Shown here piece by piece: positions 22,119-32,444 of a DNA stretch of 64,000 nt. The first letter of the stretch is position 1. The number at the start of each line of letters is the position of its first letter. The translations under genes were made by a program, and so were the position numbers. The stretch is taken from the NCBI GenBank assembly GCA_013140495.1, contig JABFSR010000080.1:1055-65054 (forward strand), written 5' to 3'. The notes under the pieces are model-generated. The model was not told the DNA's origin and searched no databases. It saw only the letters and a program-made list of their open reading frames with translations. This DNA comes from Verrucomicrobiota bacterium. Its GTDB lineage: Bacteria; Verrucomicrobiota; Verrucomicrobiia; Limisphaerales; JADLHS01.

Positions 22119-23678
22119 TCAACCGCGTCGCATCCGTTCCAGAATGTTCCGCGTGATCTGCTGTGCCCGGGCGTCGGGACCTTTTGGCGAAGTATAGACC
22201 GAAGGCCGGACATAGCCCGGCGGTTCGGAGATGCCATCCGCCCACCAACAGGTTGATGCGTTGAAAACGAAATTGCCCTTCGGCCCGGGATAAATCGTCG
22301 CGGTGTAAATACCGCCGTTGAGTTTTCCTGGCGCGTCTTGTGTCGGGCCGGTGGCGAGGATTTGAAGCCCGGGAAGATTCGCCGGATCGCCGTGCCACTC
22401 CCAGCCAACGAGGCCGGGAATACCTTCGCCTTGTTTCATTCCTGTGCCGGCAAAAACCCAATGATCCGGCTGCGTGCAAATCCAGTCTGCGCCGCCGGTC
22501 ACTACTCCGGTGCTGTGTGCGCCGACCAGTTCGTTCGCGTAAGGCCGGTCATGCGGGAGTGTTTTCATTGCCACAAAATCGCGCGTGCCACCCGGCGGCC
22601 CGTACACGCCCTGTCGCCCGAAGATGCGGTTCGACACGCCGCGAGTGTCCGGGCGCGGATTGATGCGACCACAGCAGGTATTGCCGGAAAGAAATGCGAC
22701 ACTCCGACCCGCGGCGATGATTGCCTTGAGGTTGTTGAACATCTCGATCGAGTAATACTCGTCGTGGCCGACGGACAAAAATCCCTTGGCCCGCAGAAGT
22801 CCTTTGGGGTCGCTGTGCGTGTCGAGGTTTGAAATGTAAGTGACATCGCAGTCTTGCGACTCCATCCAGTAGGCGAGGGGAAACTCCCACAGAAACCATT
22901 CGCCCGAGCCTGTGGAAAGCGGGGCGTCGAAGATCTGACAGTATTTTCCGTAAGGCCGGTTGAAACTGACGTCCACTCCGCCGCCCCAATACCACTGGTC
23001 CTTGCCGTCGTCATAAAGTGAAAATTGATCCGGCCAGCGGTTGTAAGCCTGCCACGTCGTGTCGGAACATTGGAAAATAAAGTCGGCTCGGCGGTCGTCG
23101 CGCACGATGAAGATTACGTAGCTTTGCAACTGCTCACGTTCGGCGGTCAGTTTACCGATATAGACACCGCTCACCCAATCGTGCGGAATTGTGAGGGAAG
23201 CACAAGCTGACCACTTGCAATCGCGCACACGGTTTGATCCGATGATCGGATCCGGCTGAATCTGCCCGGCAAAAGGCCCAAGGCTCTTGACGTGTCGCCC
23301 GCCTGTTCCGCCGTAATAACCCATCCGGTAAATCTCCAGCTTGAATGACGAGGCTGGATTGGTGCTCACGTGAAAACTAATCGTCTCGCCCGCACGAACA
23401 CTCGTGCGAGAACAATAACCTTCGATCCATGGACAACGATACTTCGTTGCCGGATCAATGCGCGTGTTTTGGAGCATCCAATCGCGTGTGCCGTGCTTTT
23501 CATTTTCGCGTTGGATGGGATTGCCGTGGCTCTTTGCCGTCTTACCTTCGCCGAGATGTGAGCAGCCTGACAGAGCGACTATGGCGCCGAGCCCTGCCAC
23601 GCTCTTGAGGGCTTCGCGCCGGCTCACTCCGTCAGCAGGCGTAACTGGTGTTGGCCGCGGTTTTCTTGAAGATTTCAT
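22119..23678 (-). CDS. Tat-exported lipoprotein with N,N-dimethylformamidase beta-subunit-like (DUF6605) domain
   Basis: SRREALK Tat motif, LSGC lipobox, TWQAYN, SVGHDEY. Confidence 0.75.
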   Translation of the reverse strand: MKSSRKPRPTPVTPADGVSRREALKSVAGLGAIVALSGCSHLGEGKTAKSHGNPIQRENEKHGTRDWMLQNTRIDPATKYRCPWIEGYCSRTSVRAGETISFHVSTNPASSFKLEIYRMGYYGGTGGRHVKSLGPFAGQIQPDPIIGSNRVRDCKWSACASLTIPHDWVSGVYIGKLTAEREQLQSYVIFIVRDDRRADFIFQCSDTTWQAYNRWPDQFSLYDDGKDQWYWGGGVDVSFNRPYGKYCQIFDAPLSTGSGEWFLWEFPLAYWMESQDCDVTYISNLDTHSDPKGLLRAKGFLSVGHDEYYSIEMFNNLKAIIAAGRSVAFLSGNTCCGRINPRPDTRGVSNRIFGRQGVYGPPGGTRDFVAMKTLPHDRPYANELVGAHSTGVVTGGADWICTQPDHWVFAGTGMKQGEGIPGLVGWEWHGDPANLPGLQILATGPTQDAPGKLNGGIYTATIYPGPKGNFVFNASTCWWADGISEPPGYVRPSVYTSPKGPDARAQQITRNILERMRRG

Positions 23679-23745
23679 ATCGGTCGAATGATGTGTTGAT
23701 GTTTGTCCGGGATTGCCTGCCCCACTTTGCCAGAAGACATGCAAC

Positions 23746-24729
23746 CTACTCCATCGGATATTTCAATCCCCACTGGGCGCGGACGGCATCCATGGTTTTC
23801 ATGACGGCCAGCGTTTCATTTAGCGGCATCACATCGCTCTCCAGTTTTCCTGCGCGCAGGCAGTTCATTGCTTCGGCTGCTTCATACTCATAGCCGTTTC
23901 CTGCCGGTGGAAATTCCATGACCTCATCCGCAACTCCTTCGCGAGACAGCGTCATCACAGTAGGTCGCCACCAGGGGCTGTGAATCTTGATGCGTCCCTT
24001 CGTGCCGAGGATGATTGCCTCGTGCGGCGTCTCCAACCGGATCGCCGTCGAGAGCACGGCCATCTGGCCTTGTGCGTGTGACAGGAGGATCGCCCCTTCT
24101 TCGTCCACGCCTGTGCGGCCCAGGTGTGCAAGGCTGACGATCCGGGTAGGCGATCCAAAAATCATTGAAGCCAGCGAGATCGGATAAACACCAACATCCA
24201 GCAATGCTCCGCCCCCAAACTCCCGATTGAACAACCGCTCCTCCTCGTGATACTCCGCCCAAAATCCAAAGTCCGCCGTCAACATCCGTGTCTCGCCGAT
24301 CACTTTCGCCGCCAGCAACGCCCGCAGTTTTGCCATCAACGGGAAACACCGCGTCCACATGGCCTCCATGAGAAAGACTTTCTTCTCTCTCGCAAATGCG
24401 ATGACCTGCTCCGCCTCGCGTGCGTTGATGGTGAACGGTTTTTCGCACAGCACAGGTTTGCCTGCGGCCAGCGCCAGGAGTGTGTTCTCCTTGTGACAGG
24501 AATGCGGCGTGGCCACGTAGATCATCTCCACCTCCGGATCAGCAACGAGCGCTTCGTAGCTGGCGTGACAGTGCGGGACGCAGAACTCCGCGCCAAACCT
24601 CTCCGCGGCAGAGCCAGTGCGCGAGCCAATGGACATCAGCTTTGCATCCTGAAGAACCTTCAACCCATCCGCGAATTTGCGCGCGATCTTGCCCGTGCCT
24701 AGAATCCCCCAACGGATCGTGTCGCTCAC
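23746..24729 (-). CDS. Gfo/Idh/MocA oxidoreductase
   Basis: WGILGTGKIA, LCEKP, GGGALLDVGVY. Confidence 0.92.
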   Translation of the reverse strand: MSDTIRWGILGTGKIARKFADGLKVLQDAKLMSIGSRTGSAAERFGAEFCVPHCHASYEALVADPEVEMIYVATPHSCHKENTLLALAAGKPVLCEKPFTINAREAEQVIAFAREKKVFLMEAMWTRCFPLMAKLRALLAAKVIGETRMLTADFGFWAEYHEEERLFNREFGGGALLDVGVYPISLASMIFGSPTRIVSLAHLGRTGVDEEGAILLSHAQGQMAVLSTAIRLETPHEAIILGTKGRIKIHSPWWRPTVMTLSREGVADEVMEFPPAGNGYEYEAAEAMNCLRAGKLESDVMPLNETLAVMKTMDAVRAQWGLKYPME

Positions 24730-25133
24730 TTGGAATCTCCTTTGCACCCATCCGACTGCTCCGTCTCTGGAAAAAAGAGATCGTCCTCTGCGATATCTGG
24801 AATGCCGACTACCAGCACGCGCACGCGGCCCTTGGCGCTGTGCACCACGCCCGGCGGGATGTGGACGACTGAACCTTTGCGCACGGAATGCTCCGCACCG
24901 TCCAACGTCACCGTGCCTTCGCCTTCGAGCACGTAATAAAGCTCCGTGCTGTGTTTGTGGAAATGCGCGCGAGCCCCGTCAATGTCCACCGCGTGTGCCC
25001 ACGCCGCCACTCCCTGATCCTGGTCCTGGCGGCTGATCAGGAGATGTCGCCAGCCGCACGTGCTGCGCTCTTTGGGCGAATCCCCTTCGTGACGGACCAA
25101 CGCGGGAGCGTTCGAGGTTTTTGCTTTCATCAT
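24726..25133 (-). CDS. cupin domain protein
   Basis: HFHKHSTELYYVLEG, IPPGVVH. Confidence 0.88.
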   Translation of the reverse strand: MMKAKTSNAPALVRHEGDSPKERSTCGWRHLLISRQDQDQGVAAWAHAVDIDGARAHFHKHSTELYYVLEGEGTVTLDGAEHSVRKGSVVHIPPGVVHSAKGRVRVLVVGIPDIAEDDLFFPETEQSDGCKGDSK

Positions 25134-25234
25134 CAGGAAATCGGTTATTGCACGCCTGCGTGTTGCGGTTCTCGAATTTTGCAAGAACCATCAAGGCCCG
25201 ACCGGAAACTGCAAAGTCGGGCTTGCAAAAAACT

Positions 25235-26428
25235 CTATGCTACCGGCTCCGCCGGTAGTCCGATCGTGCCTCGGCGGTGTTTCAGGATGTGCAACACAGA
25301 TTTTACAGCCAGTTCGATGGGGAAGACCGGTTTGGCGATCAGATCGTTTCCGCCTGCGAGAATGCTCTTGGCGCGCGACTCAAAGTGGCTGTGAGAAGTG
25401 ACGTAGATGACGGGAATGGTTTCATAACCTGGAATTCCGCGCAGTTTGCGGCACAGGTCGAAGCCGGTCATCTGGGGCATTTCCACATCGAGCAGGATGA
25501 GATCGTACTGGGCGGTTGACATCATATCGAGCGCTTCCAGCGGTCGCTCTGTGGAGCGCGAGTTGAGCTTGGCGCGCCCCATGGCTACTTGCGCGATGCG
25601 CAATGCCAGCGGGTCATCGTCCACAATCAACACCTGTGCGGTGAGCGGTTCAGGATTTTGTGTTTGACGCGCATCTTCCATCAGCACCGCCAGCATATCC
25701 ACTGCGGACGCAATCGTGCGGATGGTGGACGGGTTGATGAACTGGGGCTTGTCGAGCAATTCATAGGTCATTGCCTCGAATGCGCCACCCAACAGTGAAA
25801 CCTGATGGCATTGCGCCAGCGCCGCGTTGGACGTGAGATGATGCACCTGCTTGTAGAGCTGGTGAAGATGATGCGCACGCCCCGCGGGCGTGTCGTCGCG
25901 AAAGAATTCCTGATGTGCCGCACGCAATGCTGAAAGCGTGGCCCGGGTGGATTCGAGGATATCTTCCGGAGACATGGGGAGGGCGGCTTCCGGAACAGTT
26001 GCTTCGTCCGCGATGGCTGGAGTTTCCGGTTCGGATTCAACGTCGCCCGGCGGAGAAGATTCCACGCCGAGTATCTGACAAATGATCTCCAGCATCAGGG
26101 CAGGAGTGCAGTCACCTTTGACGATGGCCCGCGCAACGCCGAGGGTATTGACCGCGCGCGCCTGATCACTCATGAAAGCATTCGTCATTACGATCACGGG
26201 GACTTTCGCGATCTTTGGATGCGAGCGGATGAACTTGAGCACGTCCACCCCGGAAAGTTTGGGCATCATCAGGTCAAGGATGACCAGATCGGGATTTCCT
26301 GTGCTGAGCGTTCTGACAGCCTCAAGTCCGTCGGCGGCAGTATGCACGTCGAAGCCTCCCGACGCCAACTTCTGTTTATAGACCCGCAGCAAGATGGGGT
26401 CGTCATCCACGAGGAAAATTTTCTTCAT
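25235..26428 (-). CDS. response regulator, REC-(Hpt-like)-REC
   Basis: Two REC domains (VDDD, LDLMMP / LDVEMP, KP); central VHHLTSNA helix. Confidence 0.85.
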   Translation of the reverse strand: MKKIFLVDDDPILLRVYKQKLASGGFDVHTAADGLEAVRTLSTGNPDLVILDLMMPKLSGVDVLKFIRSHPKIAKVPVIVMTNAFMSDQARAVNTLGVARAIVKGDCTPALMLEIICQILGVESSPPGDVESEPETPAIADEATVPEAALPMSPEDILESTRATLSALRAAHQEFFRDDTPAGRAHHLHQLYKQVHHLTSNAALAQCHQVSLLGGAFEAMTYELLDKPQFINPSTIRTIASAVDMLAVLMEDARQTQNPEPLTAQVLIVDDDPLALRIAQVAMGRAKLNSRSTERPLEALDMMSTAQYDLILLDVEMPQMTGFDLCRKLRGIPGYETIPVIYVTSHSHFESRAKSILAGGNDLIAKPVFPIELAVKSVLHILKHRRGTIGLPAEPVA

Positions 26429-26578
26429 AGCCGGATGATTATCTGATTTTCAAGGACTGCAATGAATCTAGCAGCCGGCCCGGGCCAGTGAAAGAAAAGA
26501 ATGCCGATTCGCGCAAAGATTTGTTTCGTGCGTCATCCTCTGCCAGTCTCCCCGCGTCAGTGTGATGAAGTGAACCAA

Positions 26579-28753
26579 ATGATTTCAATCGTTGAACATC
26601 AACCCGCCGGTGCCGACCTGGTGGCGCAGGTGGAGAACATTTTTTCCCCGTCGGGGATTCTTTCCAAGGCGAGCAACTTCGAGTTTCGTCCGCAGCAGCA
26701 GGAAATGGCCATGGCGGTGGCGCAGGCGTTGCAGAGCCGCGGCCATCTCGCAGTGGAGGCAGGTACGGGTGTCGGCAAATCGCTCGCGTATCTCATTCCG
26801 GCAATACTGTTTGCGGTTTCGCAAAGAAAAAAAGCTGTTGTCTCGACGCACACAATCAACTTGCAGGAGCAACTGACGGAAAAAGACCTGCCGTTGCTCG
26901 CGGGGGTGCTTGGTTCACTGCCCGAGCCGGTGAAGTTCGCTTTCACGATGCTCAAGGGCCGCGCGAATTATCTCTGCACGCGCCGGCTGCAAAAGGCAAT
27001 GCAGCAAAGCGGCAATCTGTTCACGTCGTCCGAGGCTGAGGAATTACAGCGCATCTACGAGTGGTCCAAGGAAACCAAGGACGGCAGCCTTTCGGACTTT
27101 GAGATCGAACCTGATCAGAAGGTTTGGGGACAGGTCTGTTCGGAACGAGGACTATGCTCGCCGAAAGTGTGCGGTTACCAGTCTGACTTCAGCAAAGACC
27201 ACGGCATCTGTTTTTTTCAGCGCGCACGCAATCGCATACTGTCATCAGACGTGCTGGTGTTGAACCACACGCTGTTCTTCACGTTGCTCGGCGGCGTGGA
27301 CGAAGATCAGGAGGGCGGCATCCTGTTCAAGAACGACTTCGTGATCTTCGACGAGGCGCACACGATGGAAAGCGTGGCGTCGAGGCACATCGGCTTGAGC
27401 GTGTCGAGCGGTCAGGTGCGTTATGCACTGAACCGCCTGTGGAATCCGCGCACGGAAAAGGGCCTGCTCGCCATCTTGCGCAGCGGAAACTCCGTGAAGC
27501 TGGTGGCGGACATCTTGAGTGAGTCGGACAAGTTTTTTGAGAGCGTTGAGGCCGCGTGTGAGGAAATGAACCAGCAGCATAGCGGGTCCGAAAACTACGG
27601 TGCTCGAGGTCGCACTGCTTCGCAAAAGAGGCGCGAGTGGAAGGAACTGCGCATTCGTCGCGCGGAACTCGTCAAGGACAACGTTACCCTGCCGATCCAG
27701 CGGTTGCGCGAAGCCGTAAGTGAGCTGGTCAAATTGAGCGACGACAAAGACATCGGGCAGGAGCTGGTGGAATGCAATCGGAGACTGGGTGAACTTAAAA
27801 CCGAGGTCGCGGAATTTCTGAGTCAGAGCGTACCTGAGCATGTCTATTGGGTGGAGCGCACGGGAAAAACCCAGCGTAACCTTTCGCTGAACGCCGCGCC
27901 TGTGGATGTGGCGGATTATCTTCGACGGCGGTTGTTCGAGAGCGATACGAGTATCGTGATGACGAGTGCGACGCTTTCGGTATCGGTGCCGGGTGGGAAG
28001 GCCAAGATTCAAAGTTCAGCCGAGAACGAGGAGGTTGCCAAACGCACAACGCGCAAGCCTCGAAAACCGAACGACCAGTCTGGCCTGAACTACTTCACCC
28101 GACGCGTTGGTGCTGAATCAGCCACGATGTTGCAGGTCGGCACACCGTTCGATTACGAGAAGCAGATGAAACTGTTCACGGTGAAGAAGATGCCGGACCC
28201 GCGTGATGCCGGTTACGCCGACGCTTTGGAAAAGTGGATCGAGCATTTTATCCGGCAAACTCACGGCAAGGCTTTCGTCCTCTTTACCAGCTACAAGCTC
28301 ATGCAGGAACTGGCTGGAAGAATGCAACGTTTCTTTGACGATCTCGGCCTCGCACTTTTCGTGCAAGGCACAGGCACGCCGCGTTCAACCATGCTGGAAA
28401 AGTTCAAGGACGACGTGGACTCGGTGCTCTTTGGCACGGACAGTTTCTGGCAGGGCGTGGATGTACCTGGCGAGGCTTTGAGCAACGTCATCATCACCAG
28501 GCTTCCGTTCGCCGTGCCTGACCATCCGCTTATTGAAGCGCGCATCGAGGCGATTGAAGCGCGTGGAGGAAATTCCTTCGGAGAATTCTCGTTGCCCGAG
28601 GCGATCTTGAAATTTCGCCAGGGTGTGGGGCGGTTGATTCGGACGAAGACGGATTCGGGCATAGTTGTAATCTTGGACAACCGCGTACTTGCTAAACAAT
28701 ACGGACAGGCATTCCTGGACGCTTTGCCAAAATGTCCTGTTGAAGTGTTATGA
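26579..28753 (+). CDS. DinG/YoaA family Fe-S DNA helicase
   Basis: EAGTGVGKS, Fe-S cysteines, DEAH, FWQGVD, QGVGRLIR. Confidence 0.92.
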   Translation: MISIVEHQPAGADLVAQVENIFSPSGILSKASNFEFRPQQQEMAMAVAQALQSRGHLAVEAGTGVGKSLAYLIPAILFAVSQRKKAVVSTHTINLQEQLTEKDLPLLAGVLGSLPEPVKFAFTMLKGRANYLCTRRLQKAMQQSGNLFTSSEAEELQRIYEWSKETKDGSLSDFEIEPDQKVWGQVCSERGLCSPKVCGYQSDFSKDHGICFFQRARNRILSSDVLVLNHTLFFTLLGGVDEDQEGGILFKNDFVIFDEAHTMESVASRHIGLSVSSGQVRYALNRLWNPRTEKGLLAILRSGNSVKLVADILSESDKFFESVEAACEEMNQQHSGSENYGARGRTASQKRREWKELRIRRAELVKDNVTLPIQRLREAVSELVKLSDDKDIGQELVECNRRLGELKTEVAEFLSQSVPEHVYWVERTGKTQRNLSLNAAPVDVADYLRRRLFESDTSIVMTSATLSVSVPGGKAKIQSSAENEEVAKRTTRKPRKPNDQSGLNYFTRRVGAESATMLQVGTPFDYEKQMKLFTVKKMPDPRDAGYADALEKWIEHFIRQTHGKAFVLFTSYKLMQELAGRMQRFFDDLGLALFVQGTGTPRSTMLEKFKDDVDSVLFGTDSFWQGVDVPGEALSNVIITRLPFAVPDHPLIEARIEAIEARGGNSFGEFSLPEAILKFRQGVGRLIRTKTDSGIVVILDNRVLAKQYGQAFLDALPKCPVEVL

Positions 28754-29039
28754 AATGATCGTCCGAATGATTGTGTGAGCAAAAACGTTTTGCCATACGC
28801 CATTCGCCGGGTACATTGTCCACGTCAGCCAAAAAAATCGCAGCGCTTAACGCGACGTGAGAATTCAGGCTGGTATTACCTTCCGTGCGGAAGGGGCGGG
28901 CATGGAGTTGAAAACGTGTGTCACTCCATGCCCGCTCGTTTTTTTGCCCCAGTGAGCTGTTTACGTCGTTTAGTTCAAGGCGAAGTGCGACAGTGGCGAG
29001 AGTTGCTCTGTTGAACTGACGGCGACGAACGAAACCGGC

Positions 29040-29068
29040 TTGCTAGCCTGCAACTCGATTGCTAACCT
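29040..29068 (+). promoter_or_regulatory. putative sigma70 promoter of the nuo operon
   Basis: TTGCTA-N17-TAACCT. Confidence 0.4.
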
Positions 29069-29099
29069 TCCGTTGCGTCGCAACCTGACGCCCGTTCCC

Positions 29100-29627
29100 A
29101 TGACTCAGACCACCGAATTCGGCTACGACCGGAACATTGAGGGCGATGTAATTCACACCAGAGTGGATGCTGCCCTGAACTGGTTTCGCAAAAACTCCAT
29201 CTGGCCGATGCCGATGGGTTTGGCGTGCTGCGCCATTGAATTGATGGCCACGGGCGCGAGCCGGTTTGATATTTCGCGATTCGGCATGGAAGTCATGCGT
29301 TTTTCGCCCCGGCAATCGGACTGCATGGTCGTTGCCGGCACGGTGACCTACAAAATGGCGCTGGCGGTGAAGCGCATTTACGACCAGATGGCCGAACCGA
29401 AATACGTCATCGCCATGGGCGCGTGCGCCTCGACGGGCGGCATGTATCGCAGCTATTCCGTGTTGCAGGGCGTGGATCAAATCATTCCGGTGGACGTTTA
29501 TGTGGCCGGTTGCCCGCCGCGACCTGAAGCCCTGCTTGACGCGCTGATGAAATTGCAAAACCAGATTTCACGCGAACCGACCGTCAGCAACTTGAAGAAA
29601 CTAACCCCGCTACCAGCCAAAGTTTAA
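29100..29627 (+). CDS. nuoB: NADH-quinone oxidoreductase subunit B
   Basis: [26 protein letters not shown]. Confidence 0.96.
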   Translation: MTQTTEFGYDRNIEGDVIHTRVDAALNWFRKNSIWPMPMGLACCAIELMATGASRFDISRFGMEVMRFSPRQSDCMVVAGTVTYKMALAVKRIYDQMAEPKYVIAMGACASTGGMYRSYSVLQGVDQIIPVDVYVAGCPPRPEALLDALMKLQNQISREPTVSNLKKLTPLPAKV

Positions 29628-29636
29628 TTCCTCGAA

Positions 29637-30227
29637 GTGAACGCGACGGACTACGCCAACAAACTCCGGGAGAAATTCGGGGAACTCATCTCTGCGCCCG
29701 CAGAGTTTCGAGGCGAAATCACGCTGAACGTCGCGGATGCCGAGCGCATCGTCGAGGTTTGTGCTTTCGCCAAGAAAGAACTTGGCTTCGACTTTCTCGC
29801 GGATGTTTCCAGCATTGATAATTACGGGGAAGATCCTCGATGGACCATTGTTTACGAACTCTACGGTATCGGTAACGGAACTTACCTTCGCCTCAAAACA
29901 TCGGTTTCCGAGGAGAAATCAAAGCTCCCGACGGTCACGAGCGTCTGGCGGACGGCAGATTGGCACGAGCGCGAGATTTACGACATGATGGGCGTCCGCT
30001 TTCGCGGTCATCCTGATTTGCGCCGCATCATCATGTGGGAGGGCTATCCCTACTTTCCGTTGCGCAAAGATTTCCCGCTGGGTGGCAAACCGACCGATTT
30101 GCCGGACATCGCGTTTACCAAGACCGCGCCGATTGAAGGCGGGCCGTTCGTCACCGCACCGGGCGGCAAGGATGCAATTGAACGCGAGCCGCGCGTGCGA
30201 ATGGCGGAGGATAAATCAGGAAAATGA
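29637..30227 (+). CDS. nuoC: NADH-quinone oxidoreductase subunit C
   Basis: ADWHEREIYDMMG, HPDLRRI, PLRKDFP. Confidence 0.95.
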   Translation: MNATDYANKLREKFGELISAPAEFRGEITLNVADAERIVEVCAFAKKELGFDFLADVSSIDNYGEDPRWTIVYELYGIGNGTYLRLKTSVSEEKSKLPTVTSVWRTADWHEREIYDMMGVRFRGHPDLRRIIMWEGYPYFPLRKDFPLGGKPTDLPDIAFTKTAPIEGGPFVTAPGGKDAIEREPRVRMAEDKSGK

Positions 30228-30508
30228 AACTGCTTCTCCTCACCTTAATTGTGCTTGAAGTATGCTTGGTCATGATCGCTATTTCGCCAGTCTCACCCTT
30301 TGTTAGCCTTAAAAGCAGAGCACAAGCCTACGATGATTGGCAAAAACTTCCGACAACGGAGAATGAAGCCGCTTGGTTACGGGAAAAAGCGGCGTTCAAT
30401 CACAAGCAGCTTGTGGAGAACATCTGCGTTTACGGCTTGCTCGCGCTTAATGCTGTCGGGCTTATTTTTTTGTTCATGCGCGTGCAGAATCAAACGCCAA
30501 AAAGCTAA
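30224..30508 (+). CDS. hypothetical 2-TM membrane protein between nuoC and nuoD
   Basis: 94 aa, hydrophobic ends, ATGA and TAATG overlaps with both neighbours. Confidence 0.6.
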   Translation: MKLLLLTLIVLEVCLVMIAISPVSPFVSLKSRAQAYDDWQKLPTTENEAAWLREKAAFNHKQLVENICVYGLLALNAVGLIFLFMRVQNQTPKS

Positions 30509-31797
30509 TGCCCGAAGTACAAGAAATTGAGATTCGCGACTCTGCTGCCAAAGCGGCAGCGGTGGCGCGGTCTTTTCCGCCGGCTGAAGATTTGCAGGAC
30601 ATGCAGGGCGAAAAGATGGTCCTCAACATGGGGCCGTCGCATCCGTCCACGCATGGCGTGTTGCGCATCATTCTGGAACTGGATGGCGAGATCATCACCA
30701 AGGCGATTCCCGACATCGGCTATCTGCATCGCGGCGACGAAAAAATCGCCGAGAACATGACCTACACCCAGTTCATCCCTTACACGGATCGGCTGGATTA
30801 TCTCGCGCCGATGGCGAACAACGTCGCCTACGCGCTCGCGGTCGAAAAACTCCTCGGCATCCACGACAAACTTCCGCCGCGCTGCCAATACCTCCGCGTG
30901 ATTTGCGCTGAACTGGCGCGCATTTCGTCCCACCTGCTCGGCGTCGGCTGTTTCGCGATGGACGTGGGCGCGATGACGGTTTTCTTGCTCACGTTCACGG
31001 AGCGCGAAAAAATTTACAACCTCTGCGAATCCCTCACCGGCGCGCGGTTCACGACCAGTTACACACGCATCGGCGGCGTTTCGCGCGACACGCCGCCCGG
31101 TTGGTGCGACGCGGTGCGCAAGTTCCTCAACAAAGTCGTCGTCAACATCGCCGAGGTCGAGATGCTGCTCACCCGCAACCGCATCTGGGTGGATCGCACG
31201 CGCGACGTCGGCGTCATCTCGAAGGAGGAGGCCATTGATTTCGGCTTAAGCGGCCCGAACTTGCGCGGCAGCGGCGTGGATTACGATCTCCGCAAAGCGC
31301 AGCCGTATCTTTGCTACAAGGAACTGCAATTCGACGTGGTGCTCGGCTCGGTCGGCGATTGCTATGACCGCTACCTCGTGCGCATGGAGGAAATGCGCCA
31401 GAGCGTCCGCCTCGTTCATCAGTGCCTCGACAAAATTCCCGGCGGCTTCGAGAACAAATCGAAGGAGCCGGTCAACGTGGCCGATGGCAAAATTGTTTTG
31501 CCGCCGAAGAACAAGGTGATGTCGAGCATGGAGGAGTTGATTCATCAATTCATGCTCGTGACACAGGGCATGAACTGTCCGCCCGGCGAAATTTATTTCG
31601 GGCACGAAAATCCGAAGGGCGAACTCGGTTTTTACATCAACAGTCGGGGCGGCGGCACGCCGTATCGGATGAAGATTCGCAGCCCCTCGTTCGTGAACCT
31701 GAGCATTCTGTCGCATCTGTTGCCTGGCCACATGATGAGCGACACGGTTTCGATCCTGGGTTCGTTTGACTTTGTGATGGGAGAATGTGACCGATGA
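30508..31797 (+). CDS. nuoD: NADH-quinone oxidoreductase subunit D
   Basis: GPSHPSTHGVLR, GYLHRG, DRLDY, GECDR. Confidence 0.97.
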   Translation: MPEVQEIEIRDSAAKAAAVARSFPPAEDLQDMQGEKMVLNMGPSHPSTHGVLRIILELDGEIITKAIPDIGYLHRGDEKIAENMTYTQFIPYTDRLDYLAPMANNVAYALAVEKLLGIHDKLPPRCQYLRVICAELARISSHLLGVGCFAMDVGAMTVFLLTFTEREKIYNLCESLTGARFTTSYTRIGGVSRDTPPGWCDAVRKFLNKVVVNIAEVEMLLTRNRIWVDRTRDVGVISKEEAIDFGLSGPNLRGSGVDYDLRKAQPYLCYKELQFDVVLGSVGDCYDRYLVRMEEMRQSVRLVHQCLDKIPGGFENKSKEPVNVADGKIVLPPKNKVMSSMEELIHQFMLVTQGMNCPPGEIYFGHENPKGELGFYINSRGGGTPYRMKIRSPSFVNLSILSHLLPGHMMSDTVSILGSFDFVMGECDR

Positions 31798-32279
31798 GTT
31801 TCACCGTTCCAGCCAACTTAGAAGCCGAGATTGACGAGCTGATCACGCATTACCCTGTGAAGCGCAGTGCGTCGCTCATGTTGCTGCACGCGTTGCAGGA
31901 ACACTTCGGCCACATCTCACCGGAAGCCACGCAATGGGTCGCCAAGAAACTCGGCTTGCAACCGATCAACGTCCACGAACTCGTGACGTTTTATCCGATG
32001 TTCCGGCAAACCGCGCCGGGCAAACATCAGATCAAAGTTTGCCGCACGCTGAGTTGCGCGCTGGGCGGCTCGCACAAATTGCACGAACACTTTTGCACCA
32101 AGCTCGGCCTCGACCCGCACGCGCACGGTTTGCAAACGACAAAGGACGGAAAGTTCTCGGTTGAATTCGTCGAGTGTCTCGCTGGCTGCGGCATGGCGCC
32201 GGTCATGATGTGCAATGAAGATTTCCACGAAGGCGTGAGCAATGCGAAAGCCGACGAAATCATCGGAGGCTGCCGATGA
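31794..32279 (+). CDS. nuoE: NADH-quinone oxidoreductase subunit E
   Basis: CRTLSC and ECLAGC 2Fe-2S motifs. Confidence 0.95.
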   Translation: MSFTVPANLEAEIDELITHYPVKRSASLMLLHALQEHFGHISPEATQWVAKKLGLQPINVHELVTFYPMFRQTAPGKHQIKVCRTLSCALGGSHKLHEHFCTKLGLDPHAHGLQTTKDGKFSVEFVECLAGCGMAPVMMCNEDFHEGVSNAKADEIIGGCR

Positions 32280-32311
32280 AAGTCGTAAATCGTAAATCCG
32301 AAATCGCAAAT
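32280..32311 (+). repeat. heptamer tandem repeat
   Basis: AAGTCGT AAATCGT AAATCCG AAATCGC AAAT. Confidence 0.7.
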
Positions 32312-32317
32312 GGAGAG

Positions 32318-32391
32318 TGGTTGCCCGACATGGATTTGAACCATGACAAACAGATTCAGAGTCTGCTGTGCTACCGTTACACCATCGGGCA
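32318..32391 (-). tRNA. tRNA-Gln (anticodon CTG)
   Basis: Minus strand TGCCCGA acceptor stem, D-arm, GCAGA-CT-CTG-AA-TCTGT anticodon arm, GTTCAAAT T-loop, encoded CCA. Confidence 0.95.
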
Positions 32392-32407
32392 AACCGACGT
32401 GTGGCAT

Positions 32408-32435
32408 AGCCTAGATATTTCCCTTTCGGAGTCAA
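32408..32435 (-). promoter_or_regulatory. putative sigma70 promoter of tRNA-Gln
   Basis: Minus strand TTGACT-N16-TAGGCT, 16 nt upstream of the tRNA. Confidence 0.55.
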
Positions 32436-32444
32436 GAAACTGAT

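Noticed and set aside
32318-32391. tRNA as the att site of an integrated element
   Set aside because: No duplicated tRNA 3' end and no integrase in the window.
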